DNA of 39,648 nt from assembly GCA_030167865.1 (NCBI GenBank), contig JALAGF010004667.1, positions 1 through 39,648 on the forward strand. Reading direction: 5' to 3'. Below are positions 23,101-29,152 of this stretch, in pieces (position 1 is the stretch's first letter; each line of letters begins with the position of its first letter). A program made the position numbers and the translations under genes. This DNA is from Craspedostauros australis (lineage: Eukaryota). The notes below the pieces were generated by a model. The model did not search any database, was not told where the DNA came from, and was given only the letters and a program-made list of their open reading frames with translations.

Positions 23101-24035
23101 CTGATAATGAAGATGATGCCCAGGCAGCGGCAAAAGAATCCATCGCACCCGTGAGCGATAGAGACGTACAACCTGCATCAGACAGGGGCAACGCCGCTGA
23201 TGCCAAGAGTGCTTCCAGCGCACGAAGTGAACCGGCCCGGCCAAGACGCAAGCGTTCCGACGATGGCGCCTCGAGCACTATTGACAAAACGAATCCGTTT
23301 CACGCACTAGTCAACGACGAAAGCGAAAGCAACGTCGATAGCGATAGCGACAGCGACTCCGAAGATGCTGAAATCAAGCCCGAGCATGATGGCGACGAAG
23401 AACGTGAGGATCAGTTCGGCACCGCCGGTCCAATCATCGTGAGCGGCACTAACCATGCCATCGCCCCAGGCCAAGCGGTGAGTGAGGAGCAACTACTTGA
23501 TGGTAGCTGGCATGAGCTGACCAAGAAAAAGAAGGCAAACCCACCCCAAAAGAAACCAGCCATGGCCCGAAGCCTGCCTGTGCCAGCTCCATCAGTTCTC
23601 ACTGGACACAGCGCCACAAAACCAATGCCGAAGAAGAAGGGTGCCAACCCTGCCCAGGCACAGTCCAACCAGTCTCAACGAATCGCAAACAAAGCGCCTG
23701 CAGGCCCAGAGAAGTCGAACAAATCTCACCCCGTCGAGACCCAGATCGCAAAGGACGCCAACCGACGCAAGATCGTCGAGGCCATCAAGACAAAGAATCC
23801 GTACAACGCCTTAACGAGCGATGAAGACAGCGACAGCGATGAAGACGAGATCGTGCGTGCGAACGCAAGCGGCGAATCGAAAGACCGCGTTCGCGAGCTG
23901 CGAGCTTCACCGACGCTCGCCACGACAGCAAGTGGAGGCATTGTAGCACCGGCATCGCAAACACCCGGTGAGATGGATGAGAGCTGGCATGAGGTCGTGA
24001 CGAAGAAAGACCGTCGCGGCCGCAAGAGCAAGTGA
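11184..24035 (+). CDS. Giant (~4283 aa) single-exon protein: 3 BSD-like domains, 2 SH3BGR/glutaredoxin-like domains, very long acidic E/D/A region
   Basis: Uninterrupted 13-kb ORF; first in-frame ATG at 11184 (MAFRMAQ). BSD-like 'TYTxPL...LV...E++FW.RY..RC' at ~11247-11500, ~11828-12072 and ~13518-13770. SH3BGR-like 'V/IxxxS..NQ.R...L......VD....R..LFAIS....YPQ.FV...F.GD+' at ~14373-14642 and ~14745-14996. No signal peptide seen. Confidence 0.88.
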   Translation: MAFRMAQRAKAECVKLEQEEETYTVPLVSNADNAGDDSSLPKDLYEFLGDTKRTWKLKAGQRVSILHEKANVRAFHKSLVQESQSVTEQEFWYRYLYRCDVNRIIANLKAAKNQGTIPTSNNSNGNGESVASQNKSKAAPVAKAAAPSTPKAKSRAPAKLAQATQPTVSSSLPSTSGASSSGVPASSSSQSNQMSSASFMNNAKHQADRLRQVESTYTEPLPMADEVDNRMAREISDFHTDFDRSWNMRQSQREQTLQQYEKSVGKFHHQLVVEAQAISEKDFWKRYQFRCDERRIFRQTQRNQIGSSSNRSSKSKKKMKQQSRDSITTDPVVTPSSKTDAATAASVKESTASANSSDNAKSSVSSIKRQQRHQQNHSSHYPSDMPVVSTGDSIQERLKRWGRKGSTENKVSAPTPTSAPAPAPTATTTPITKAKSTSSSVSAGSKKATAPQPIATTQRSPKKPDKRQQEEAPEPAQTASQSKASDGSGSKDGSSSSKKATTPVGTSLKDRLKLWGKVATKSKPSPASTPAPAPEPTPAPTPTPVVAPPPRAAVAPHSVFAKSPSQSSVVSVLTLDSQFPIKTIVTTSDHVSHPPPPVTEEDESTPSTDAGRQCIVPDAGPSVQRVPSPKISGSSVRDRLKKWGKKTAAVSPPPPLYKKKSAVASSTAPTSANTSGDAGAAIPVQKEVSAVKTPTVVEKPVATMTSSQAVNRSPVKATVVTPTPTKPATSVASPTSARASHSGSSTGSGFKGSVKKKKATLLKQEAQPEAQLRRGTEATYTTPLPKHGSLDDPEELRELSDFVFSFNREYRKQTPEERSALLEQHPDTLGKFYHQLVVDDKEVTEKQFWERYSYRCNEERILRELQRQQRRRTLSQKITKQRRLIYNERGEVIAEAENDEPEVVVDLAGTHISRSAPVTDLPATTTPIKDRYKAKEPAPQEPISSKPSVKQHPKVKTATTIDTSDHASDGNKQGAPELSVTSPRAVAKARAKDQFSVRSNKYALPSRIISQRRLVEQQPAQENVGSPPAGTQQTKPPSVVDRAGADTAAKKAAQKSSIPSDAAVVVLISSMPSKLAQRTNQDRTMTMLRAAEVEPVVVDSVKGADFNKRNTLFAISDMQGIYPQVFVTQKSNLKAFKPKHIQFLGDFNTIEYLSGGGNLADEIGKKALIVSKQAEGAEIASFLDSDKKLIALYSKTKGNQAQSANQFRADAILKDLGVKPEVVDGSDPMHKQRRDRLFAISGLPNKYPQFFVQHSKEMTVFFGDYDTLKYFSHSGKLAKSLNVQLDVSQHSQYDASQVSNTEDDIVLVDKATAMEWYEQTKKSATDEAQARRTPMDVVDADSGQKQRADEIEDITEIDDTEADKHVDTGADTVAPAVERGLQADAPAETVNSDESEKVDAGKVEEVDDAGIEETTDEARVDDDSEEIIEEVIEEFEEEVVEEVIEEVIEEVIEDDALEISPIDADDQDKPIDDNAEGAAEQDDEPPAEVPTDEDGQEDTQEQQTTTRTIDVEPGPKSEDALVDDGEEQEAAAAAESVDQDLAEMQPQEELSEKESSQEGADDTADALDAVPAAIEDAALPSNEEGAKDIQDEKANEGVDVYQGIESDIPADEDPHAPSPPPRPSDSDVAPVDPQTEEALETAAPHAVAEEAEEPVNEPDAAVADGAAEKTPLDSTPQADAAKDDDHQPSTSGDERTETVEDDAESVESAEVIESAEAETKAVSAGEAKEHETAANEVSPITDVADVDVDPSEEIDHSPDVDGSALVEAPAAEVPTDEASTDQAESDTGSPTGAQQADEAHSQALASADNAQDDVSPERVDEGVEGEPQINTTSEDVDEPREIDAESAELETAEGPEDEDRAGAKTAAAIAAGAVVAGTVAAVVVASNEPDAEQDDDAAESAEPAANVDAEQDEVESSQSEQPEAEQSKPAEVIEAEVINEESVEEDKEVPVTDKAAQPSMDADKSSEAHGEASDEATSEVQEPTQDVAEEAASEKTAEEHEVQQSVDEPTEAQPDAEATASEEAVVEAADIKRQESDEPIDEQDSQTATEVETEARAVGGDAIATTETQVEESSEEAANESVESHAEATEVGATEAAVVGEQETSKGADKPADSELEQIPTEEQEDAEPATDESDAVERSALEILTAPEDDEEATAEARTEAAPEEPVNAPTDITSPSQVGKADAEQVDESTRTIDEAETASEAAASDIPADENVERATAAEASGEVAPEVNTETRRENFVDEEDAADEASEEAVDDDAVKANETEAQLEDEDASAQAAAPELITQEDAIAERTTDNADKELGDEAAPAADVDVNADADTDAVADTIADETDEQEPKPISEAAADEVQEEPEADSHKETGGSVETAEESSEPSPDEAPDADAAVDDNDNVVDASETGDSEGATPTSETPSQPEIVSEEADSQDDAEVSSRDTASGATTSDAAEPAVPGVAEQAGIRDNEVQAEDPVELEVDASDAQSEPETETNASGTELATEPGQFNAVEDANDAEVSGNNTAAEQRPDANLAEASVEPVEETAAVADTETEPEIQVGNEATAAAAGAADDEAQADNDKETDVADPVSEPTPIVGESEVQVGAGEVDAEDSAETELLKQTAQVELPTEEEAEPDTVDGNRESADESDKTGPESQDDVPKDGVEGEQEEEEDVEQPIAPAAVAMTAAAAVTTAAVVATASETEDAASEGEVDDNEEGASKAETEDADDEAAGEAEAKELSNQEDAAAEVSQEQVDSSPTEDAEVHDETASQTEEVSAVEDSKDPEVDSPADMADPDTDAKADVDFSEPPMETDAGAGAGTDEADTRQAESTVAAEEEPEESVAANIAQGADTEGDEDDDRVTEQVVPVAKAVAPAVDDGDDAESEVNGGEAGDEVEAEPAATAAEAAVNADSQPETDANANADVSEAPDEAEVEAKAADADGTPDSAEEAKSDGSEAADAESINDEAADHEAEVNTDNVVEVKVETAANVTEIESDATDKADVSGAPEEADADVKAEVEDTNQAGTTDAVTGAKSDLAVEEDTDMAGDEQPSDTEAKEDDHGGADPADAVDSVGITETDAPAPESQVDKEEAIEAEAADGVAHLKDPVEAETKAASVEIEADADPDSDTVDASLEVEVEAEVETEEEPKDVDDDQVEDSNDNQTDSAVKGEAGESKEEEEEAQTRGLDVKEGDESQTSGVSDAEAPTTEAAGTVPNTADDKAEAEAPVEDEADASQSQTGTEAEVSNIAADAAAEFVEATLDVVDEAPTAIETETETEEAPDAMEEAYQVDEAEEPEPAVATAEAQAPEEAKTDAGADTNETAEAHTQDPSAETAADSEEGAPVQPAEVEVEAEELKDATAEEISDPEAAAEPSSDASEARDVKKAEPQIDESTDEGTAEQDPSKAEGAVEEEEEEEEEGHASVEVEAPEDVITEAPSNPEAAAEPSPIPSEVQDAKETETAEAEPAMDVEAEETAEVDSTKPQIDESLDEGTAEQDPSKAEGAVEEEEEEEGHASVEVEAPEDVITEAPSKAEAAAEPSPIASEVQDAKETETAEAEPVMDVEAEETAEVDSTKPQIDESTDEGTAEQDPSKAEGAVEEEEEEEEEGHASVEVEAPEDVITEAPSKPEEAAEPSPIPSEVQDAKETETAEAEPAMDVEAEEPAEADSTEPQIDESTDEGTAEQDPSKAEGAVEEEEEEGHASVEVEAPEDVITEAPSKPEAAAEPSPIASEVQGAKETDTVEAKPAVDIEAEEPAEADSTEPQIDESLDEGTAEQDPSKVDGAVEEEEDANAEAEANTEPKPDSEAEAATPTSDSVDAVTSTDVKPEGGGEGALDQTDAMPDQDAGDAKAPSTKPDAAAAAHISSDDEAAEEDNAGLSPDKEEEHIEDPAESEAESATNNALDDQEAAGEVAVESQGELIEDPDDAEVADSAHEEEQAQDVPRAASNDDLPENTSQEASVDEAQALVEVTKLDEPAAPDTSPDNEDDAQAAAKESIAPVSDRDVQPASDRGNAADAKSASSARSEPARPRRKRSDDGASSTIDKTNPFHALVNDESESNVDSDSDSDSEDAEIKPEHDGDEEREDQFGTAGPIIVSGTNHAIAPGQAVSEEQLLDGSWHELTKKKKANPPQKKPAMARSLPVPAPSVLTGHSATKPMPKKKGANPAQAQSNQSQRIANKAPAGPEKSNKSHPVETQIAKDANRRKIVEAIKTKNPYNALTSDEDSDSDEDEIVRANASGESKDRVRELRASPTLATTASGGIVAPASQTPGEMDESWHEVVTKKDRRGRKSK
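21315..22520 (+). repeat. Coding tandem repeat: four full units (285, 279, 285, 276 bp) plus a partial fifth
   Basis: The marker CAGATCGATGAATCA occurs at 21318, 21603, 21882, 22167 and 22443. Unit length differences equal the GAA (Glu) tract lengths 9, 7, 9 and 6. Confidence 0.95.
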
Positions 24036-24416
24036 GGATATGACGCCTCCAAATACTTGCGTAATACGAGTACGGCATGTGCTTTATGTTGAGTGAAAAA
24101 GAGCCAGCAGCGTGTGTGAATGTAAGAGTGAAAGTAACCATCGAATCGAAATAAATGGAGTAAGAGTATAACGCTATGTATGTATACTAGAGCAGTAGCG
24201 GTAGTAATGTACAGTGCAGCCCATCATCATGGAGTTAGTGTATTGATGAGGAGGGGTGGGCAATGGTACAGTGTTGGTTGATTGGTTGGTGTTGGAAGTG
24301 AAGTGAAGTGTTGTTGTTGATGGCTTGGCGTTGTGTGGCGACATCGGTCATACCTGCATTCATAGAGTAGACCAGGATAGACTACTCTAGAGAGTAGTCC
24401 ACTGTATTTCGCCCCT

Positions 24417-26066
24417 TCACTCTGCGCTGAAATGCCATCTCATGGACCAGAGCCCAAACAACGGTCCAGGAAAGAGGAGGAGGAAGAGATACTGTTCACC
24501 GAACGGCACGCCGCCCAGCAGCTGGATGCTGCCGATCGTGATCGCGAATCCCAGACAGTTGACGATGGTGAGCGCCGTGCCTTTGTTCTCAGCCGGTGCG
24601 GTGAGCGCCACTAAGCATGAAAATTGTGGCGAATCGCTGACGACCGCCATGCCCCAGATGAGGTAGAAGGCCAGGAAGATTCCGGGTGGACAGTACATGT
24701 ATACGAGCGGAGAGAGGAGGCAGGCCGTTCCGGATATGATGAGGCTGCCGACTGCCACGGTCGCGGGTCTCAGGCGTTCCGCCAGCAGTCCGCCGAGGAC
24801 GCAGCCGACGGAACCGATCGCGAGGACGAGGAATGCGATGAGGGAGGGGCTCCAGTCGGCGCTGGGATTGCCGGGGTCCTCGTGCTCGATCTTCTCCAGG
24901 TACTTGCGAATGACAAGCGGCGACCACGTCCAGAATGCGTAGAGCTCCCACATGTGACCAAAGTAGCCGAATGCTGCGGAGCGGAACAGGCGCCCTTCGA
25001 AGAGGGTGTAGACGACTCGGAAATCCGCCTTCGAGGCCGCCTTGCGATGCGGGCCGTTGGGGACGACGAAGGCCATCCACAGTCCGCCGAGGGCCGCCAA
25101 CGCCGAAGTTTCCCACAGCAGGAAGGTCCAGTCCTGCTGTATCTGATTGAGAAGGAACGGGAAGGCGCTGCCGAATGCGAGGGCACCGACGAGCAACCCC
25201 AGGGCCCATCCCAAGCCCGTCGATGCGTACCAATCCGATGCGACCTTCATTCCGACCGGGTAGATGCCGGCCAGCGCAAAGCCCGTGAACAATCTGAGGG
25301 TGATGACGATGCCCAGGACGCCGTCCGAGTTGTTGTCATCGCCGTAGATGAGGTCGGCGAAGACCGGTAGGATTCCGTTCATGGTGGCGCCGATGAAGGA
25401 CATGATCCCGAAGAGGCGCGTTGGCGAGTACCGGTCTGCGAGGTTGGTCAGCGCCAGTGCCATGGTGCCCATGATGAAGCCCAGCTGGACGGCGGATGTG
25501 AGGTAGCCCAGCGACGTCGTGGCATCGAGGCCGTACTCGTCCATGAGGTCGTCCATGACGGCGTTTCCAGCAAACCAGAGCGACGTGCCGGCGAATTGGC
25601 AGATGACGATGGAGGGAAGGATGTAGAATGGCACGATGGTGCTGTCGTGTGCTGCTGCCGCTGCTTGCGGCATGGAATCAAACTCACCATCATCCAGTTT
25701 GTCCTTTTGACGCGAGTGGCGACGATGGCTTTGGCTATCGCTGCCGGTATGGCTTTGGTTGCCAGTGACATCAACGTCATCAACGTCAACATCATCATCG
25801 TCGGGCAACCTCTCGTCTTCGAGAGCCTTGGTCGGCTGCGCTTCGACGTCGACAACGGACTCGGATGGCGATGATCCATGCGTCGAGGAGAGGTCGAGGG
25901 AGTTGATGGTTTCCTGCGTGGCGTGCACCACGACGATGCCTTCATCATCGTCCATGATCCTTGTGGAAGGTGCTTGGCTGGTGCCCATACTTGTGGTCGT
26001 ACTCATGGGCATGGCTTCGATCTCTTCCAGTTCCGCTGTTGTTGGTTTTATGGCTGATGATGTCAT
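24417..26066 (-). CDS. Major facilitator superfamily (MFS_1-like) transporter, 549 aa
   Basis: About 12 hydrophobic helices after an acidic ~140-aa N-terminal extension. Motifs SLWFAGNAV, AVQLGFI, LADRYSP, LRLFTGFALAGIYPVGMK, GYFGHMWELY, GGLLAERL, DSPQFS. Confidence 0.88.
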   Translation of the reverse strand: MTSSAIKPTTAELEEIEAMPMSTTTSMGTSQAPSTRIMDDDEGIVVVHATQETINSLDLSSTHGSSPSESVVDVEAQPTKALEDERLPDDDDVDVDDVDVTGNQSHTGSDSQSHRRHSRQKDKLDDGEFDSMPQAAAAAHDSTIVPFYILPSIVICQFAGTSLWFAGNAVMDDLMDEYGLDATTSLGYLTSAVQLGFIMGTMALALTNLADRYSPTRLFGIMSFIGATMNGILPVFADLIYGDDNNSDGVLGIVITLRLFTGFALAGIYPVGMKVASDWYASTGLGWALGLLVGALAFGSAFPFLLNQIQQDWTFLLWETSALAALGGLWMAFVVPNGPHRKAASKADFRVVYTLFEGRLFRSAAFGYFGHMWELYAFWTWSPLVIRKYLEKIEHEDPGNPSADWSPSLIAFLVLAIGSVGCVLGGLLAERLRPATVAVGSLIISGTACLLSPLVYMYCPPGIFLAFYLIWGMAVVSDSPQFSCLVALTAPAENKGTALTIVNCLGFAITIGSIQLLGGVPFGEQYLFLLLFPGPLFGLWSMRWHFSAE

Positions 26067-27330
26067 GTTGGCGAATGTGCGTTTGTCTTTATTGCTGCTC
26101 CATGTAGAGCAGTTGTGACTGCCTCTGTGGTTGTTGTTGCTGCTGTTGTCGCTGCTATTGTCGATGTCGTGATTGGTGGGATGTTTGGCGTGATTGTTGT
26201 GATGGCGCTGATTGCTCTGGATGCATTTCCGCTTTGGTTGCCACGATGGTCGATACTGGCTCCAACGCTGCGATCTGCTGCTGACAATGACTATGTTGCT
26301 ATTGACAATGCTGCTCCTGATGTTTCTGCTACAAGCACCTGTAGCTGTTCCCTTGCTCGTTGTTCGCTGTTCGTTGTCTCTGCTCCCTGTGGTCTCGAAT
26401 GTCGCTTGCTACCGCCGCCTGCTACCGTCGCCATCAAGGCTGCTGCCACGCATGACAGATTCGGAACAAGGACCGCGCAGACCCCGAATTGCCGCCTCCT
26501 CGCGAATTTTGGAACAAACGAATTGGAGCACAACCATCCGCCATGATACGCCATGATACGCCGCGACGCGCCAGTGGTGGTGGTCAGACTTCAGAACAAT
26601 CCCAACCCTGCCCACGCAATTAGAATCCAATCATCGGACAGGTTGGCACGTGGATTGGGGCCACAACTGCAACCGCAATACTTCGCAAGAAGGATACATG
26701 TCGATTTCTTGCGTTCGCCCTTGATGACTTCCTCACCGCAGCGGTCATCAAGGAGGCTTAACGGCGACTTGATGGACGTGGGCGTCGCAACCCAGGTTGA
26801 TTTTGGAACAATGCTCGCGCAATTTTGTTCCTTTGGCGTGTGGTAGCGTCTATTCATTTTCTCCGTCGTGTTCATGTGGACGTTAAGTTGCCAGTATCCA
26901 TTCGCGTGTGTGAAGAAAAAGCGGCATGGCATTTCTTGTTCTGACGTCACCACCGATATAGCTATATTCTATTTTTTGTTTTCCGTGACTCCCAAAAGAT
27001 ATGAACAAACGGAAGATCTGTGTTGACAGCCAACATTGCGGCATAACAGGAACACAAACACCGACGCAGGACGTTCGCATCCCGTGACACGTTTGTGATT
27101 GTGCCTATTCGTTGATGCCTCCGTGTTCTCCAACAGCGTTCGCAGACAAACCTGATGTGTGGGTTTGTGAGGACACAAGTGTGTGCAGTGCGAATGCGAA
27201 TGCGGATACAGCCACAACCGCAATACCATGCACCATAGAGAACGACCAGAAGAGACAAACGATCACAGAGTATAATATTCTACAATACAATACTACGCAT
27301 AGTCGTACACACCAACAACAGCTGCGCGCC

Positions 27331-28896
27331 ATGGCCGATCCTAGCGAAAGCACCGCGACGGCGGCTGCCGCCAACCCACAACAACAGCGGCAGCAACAGC
27401 AGGAACAGCCGCAACTGCCCTCCATGGTCAACAACACCGACAACAATGAGGACTTCAAGATGATGTGCTTCCGTTGCACGGACACAACGCAGAAGCAGCA
27501 GGAGACGGAGCAGGAATGCACGCCGTACTTTGTCGACCTGAAGGCACTGCCGTCGCATCAGATCCAGGATCTGCAGGAGCTGGGATTGCTGCAGGATCGT
27601 CAGATCTGCCTGCTGCGGCAGAAGCATCAGGACTACCTCTCCAGGGTGTGGACGGCAGGTGGCGCCCTGAGCAGCAGCTTCGTGTCGCTGGATGCGAGTC
27701 GGCCGTGGATACTGTACTGGTGTTTGCACGGGTACGACCTCATCGACGAATCGGGCGGTGCGTTGCCGACCGAGGCTGAGCGCTGTCGCATGGTGGAGAC
27801 CATGGAGTGCTGCTGGTCCGTCGTCGATGAAATTAGGCTGTCGAGCGGCGGCCACGATTGGGATTTGGAGGTGGATCCCGTCCTTGGGAAAGACGTGCAG
27901 CAGACGAGCAAGGATGGAACTGCTCCCACCTTCGTCGGCCCGGGCGGTGGTTTCGGTGGCAGTCCGGGACAGATGCCGCATGCTGCGACGACCTACGCTG
28001 CCATCTTGGCATTGTGCATCCTGGCATCCAGCAAGGGGCAGGGTCAGTCGCCGTCATCGCCATCATTGTCGGTACCGTCGCATCAAAGAGCGTTGGAATT
28101 GCTGGAACGCATCCGAAAACCGCTCTACGTGTGGTTCTTGAGCCTCCAGCAACCCGACGGATCGTACCGCATGCATCACGACGGTGAAGTGGACGTGCGC
28201 GCCACGTTCACCATTCTCTGCTGTGCCAAATTGCTCAACCTCTGCACGCGCAATCTGAATTACGATGCCGTCGCCCAGTTCGTTGGCAAATGCCAAACCT
28301 ACGAAGGCGGCCTGGGAGGTGTACCATACAGCGAGGCGCATGGCGGATACGCCTTCTGCGGTCTGGCTGCGTTGCAACTGATCAATCGCACGGACGTGCT
28401 GGATATGGAGGCGATGCGTGGGTGGTTGGTGCGCAGGCAGACGGGCTACGAAGGCGGCTTCGCGGGGCGGACCAACAAGTTGGTCGATGGATGCTACAGC
28501 TTTTGGCAAGGCGGAGCGATGGCCATCGTGAGCGCCCTCTTCGATCCTGCGCGCAAGTCGCCCGCCGACAGCAACGATGATGCGGACCCGTGGTTAAACC
28601 AGAACGGCACGGATGTTCTGCCGTCGGCGTTGCTATTCGATGCGCCCATGCTGGAACGTTACATTCTCCTGTGTGCGCAGGATGTGCATGGCGGGCTGCG
28701 CGACAAGCCCAGCAAGCCGAGGGACTTTTACCATACCTGCTACAACCTCAGCGGACTCTCGTTAGCGCAACATTACGATCGCACGCAGGAGCACTACGGG
28801 CATACGACCGAAGGGAAAGTCCATCGCACTCATCCATGCTACAACATTCGAGTGGATCGGGTCAAGATCATCATGGATCATTTCTCGAAATTGTGA
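27331..28896 (+). CDS. FNTB: Protein farnesyltransferase subunit beta
   Basis: LDASRPWILYW, GGFGGSPGQMPH, GEVDVR, CQTYEGG, EAHGGY, GRTNKLVDGCYSFWQ (Zn ligands D and C) and GGLRDKP..RDFYHTCY (Zn ligand H). Start placed at GCC-ATG 27331; the ORF-track extension to 27112 looks like 5' leader. Confidence 0.95.
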   Translation: MADPSESTATAAAANPQQQRQQQQEQPQLPSMVNNTDNNEDFKMMCFRCTDTTQKQQETEQECTPYFVDLKALPSHQIQDLQELGLLQDRQICLLRQKHQDYLSRVWTAGGALSSSFVSLDASRPWILYWCLHGYDLIDESGGALPTEAERCRMVETMECCWSVVDEIRLSSGGHDWDLEVDPVLGKDVQQTSKDGTAPTFVGPGGGFGGSPGQMPHAATTYAAILALCILASSKGQGQSPSSPSLSVPSHQRALELLERIRKPLYVWFLSLQQPDGSYRMHHDGEVDVRATFTILCCAKLLNLCTRNLNYDAVAQFVGKCQTYEGGLGGVPYSEAHGGYAFCGLAALQLINRTDVLDMEAMRGWLVRRQTGYEGGFAGRTNKLVDGCYSFWQGGAMAIVSALFDPARKSPADSNDDADPWLNQNGTDVLPSALLFDAPMLERYILLCAQDVHGGLRDKPSKPRDFYHTCYNLSGLSLAQHYDRTQEHYGHTTEGKVHRTHPCYNIRVDRVKIIMDHFSKL

Positions 28897-29152
28897 TCCA
28901 GAAGTATGATGCAACAACAACGCCCACACCAACAATACGAATAATACTAATAATAGTTGGAGTACAAGCGAATTAGACAATGGAATTGTTCTTCACTATC
29001 TTTGTTTTTCGTCTTCATGGCAGCAATGCCGTCTGGATTTGCAAAATGATCGTTCTTGCCTTAGTCTCCTGCTACCAATGCAACCAATGTGAGTACTCCA
29101 TGGTGATCTAACATGCTCATCCATACGAATACGTGCGAGTACTCATGCGTGC

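Noticed and set aside
26541-26562. CCATGATACG tandem duplication in the MFS/FNTB divergent promoter
   Set aside because: Only two 10-bp copies; consistent with ordinary slippage.
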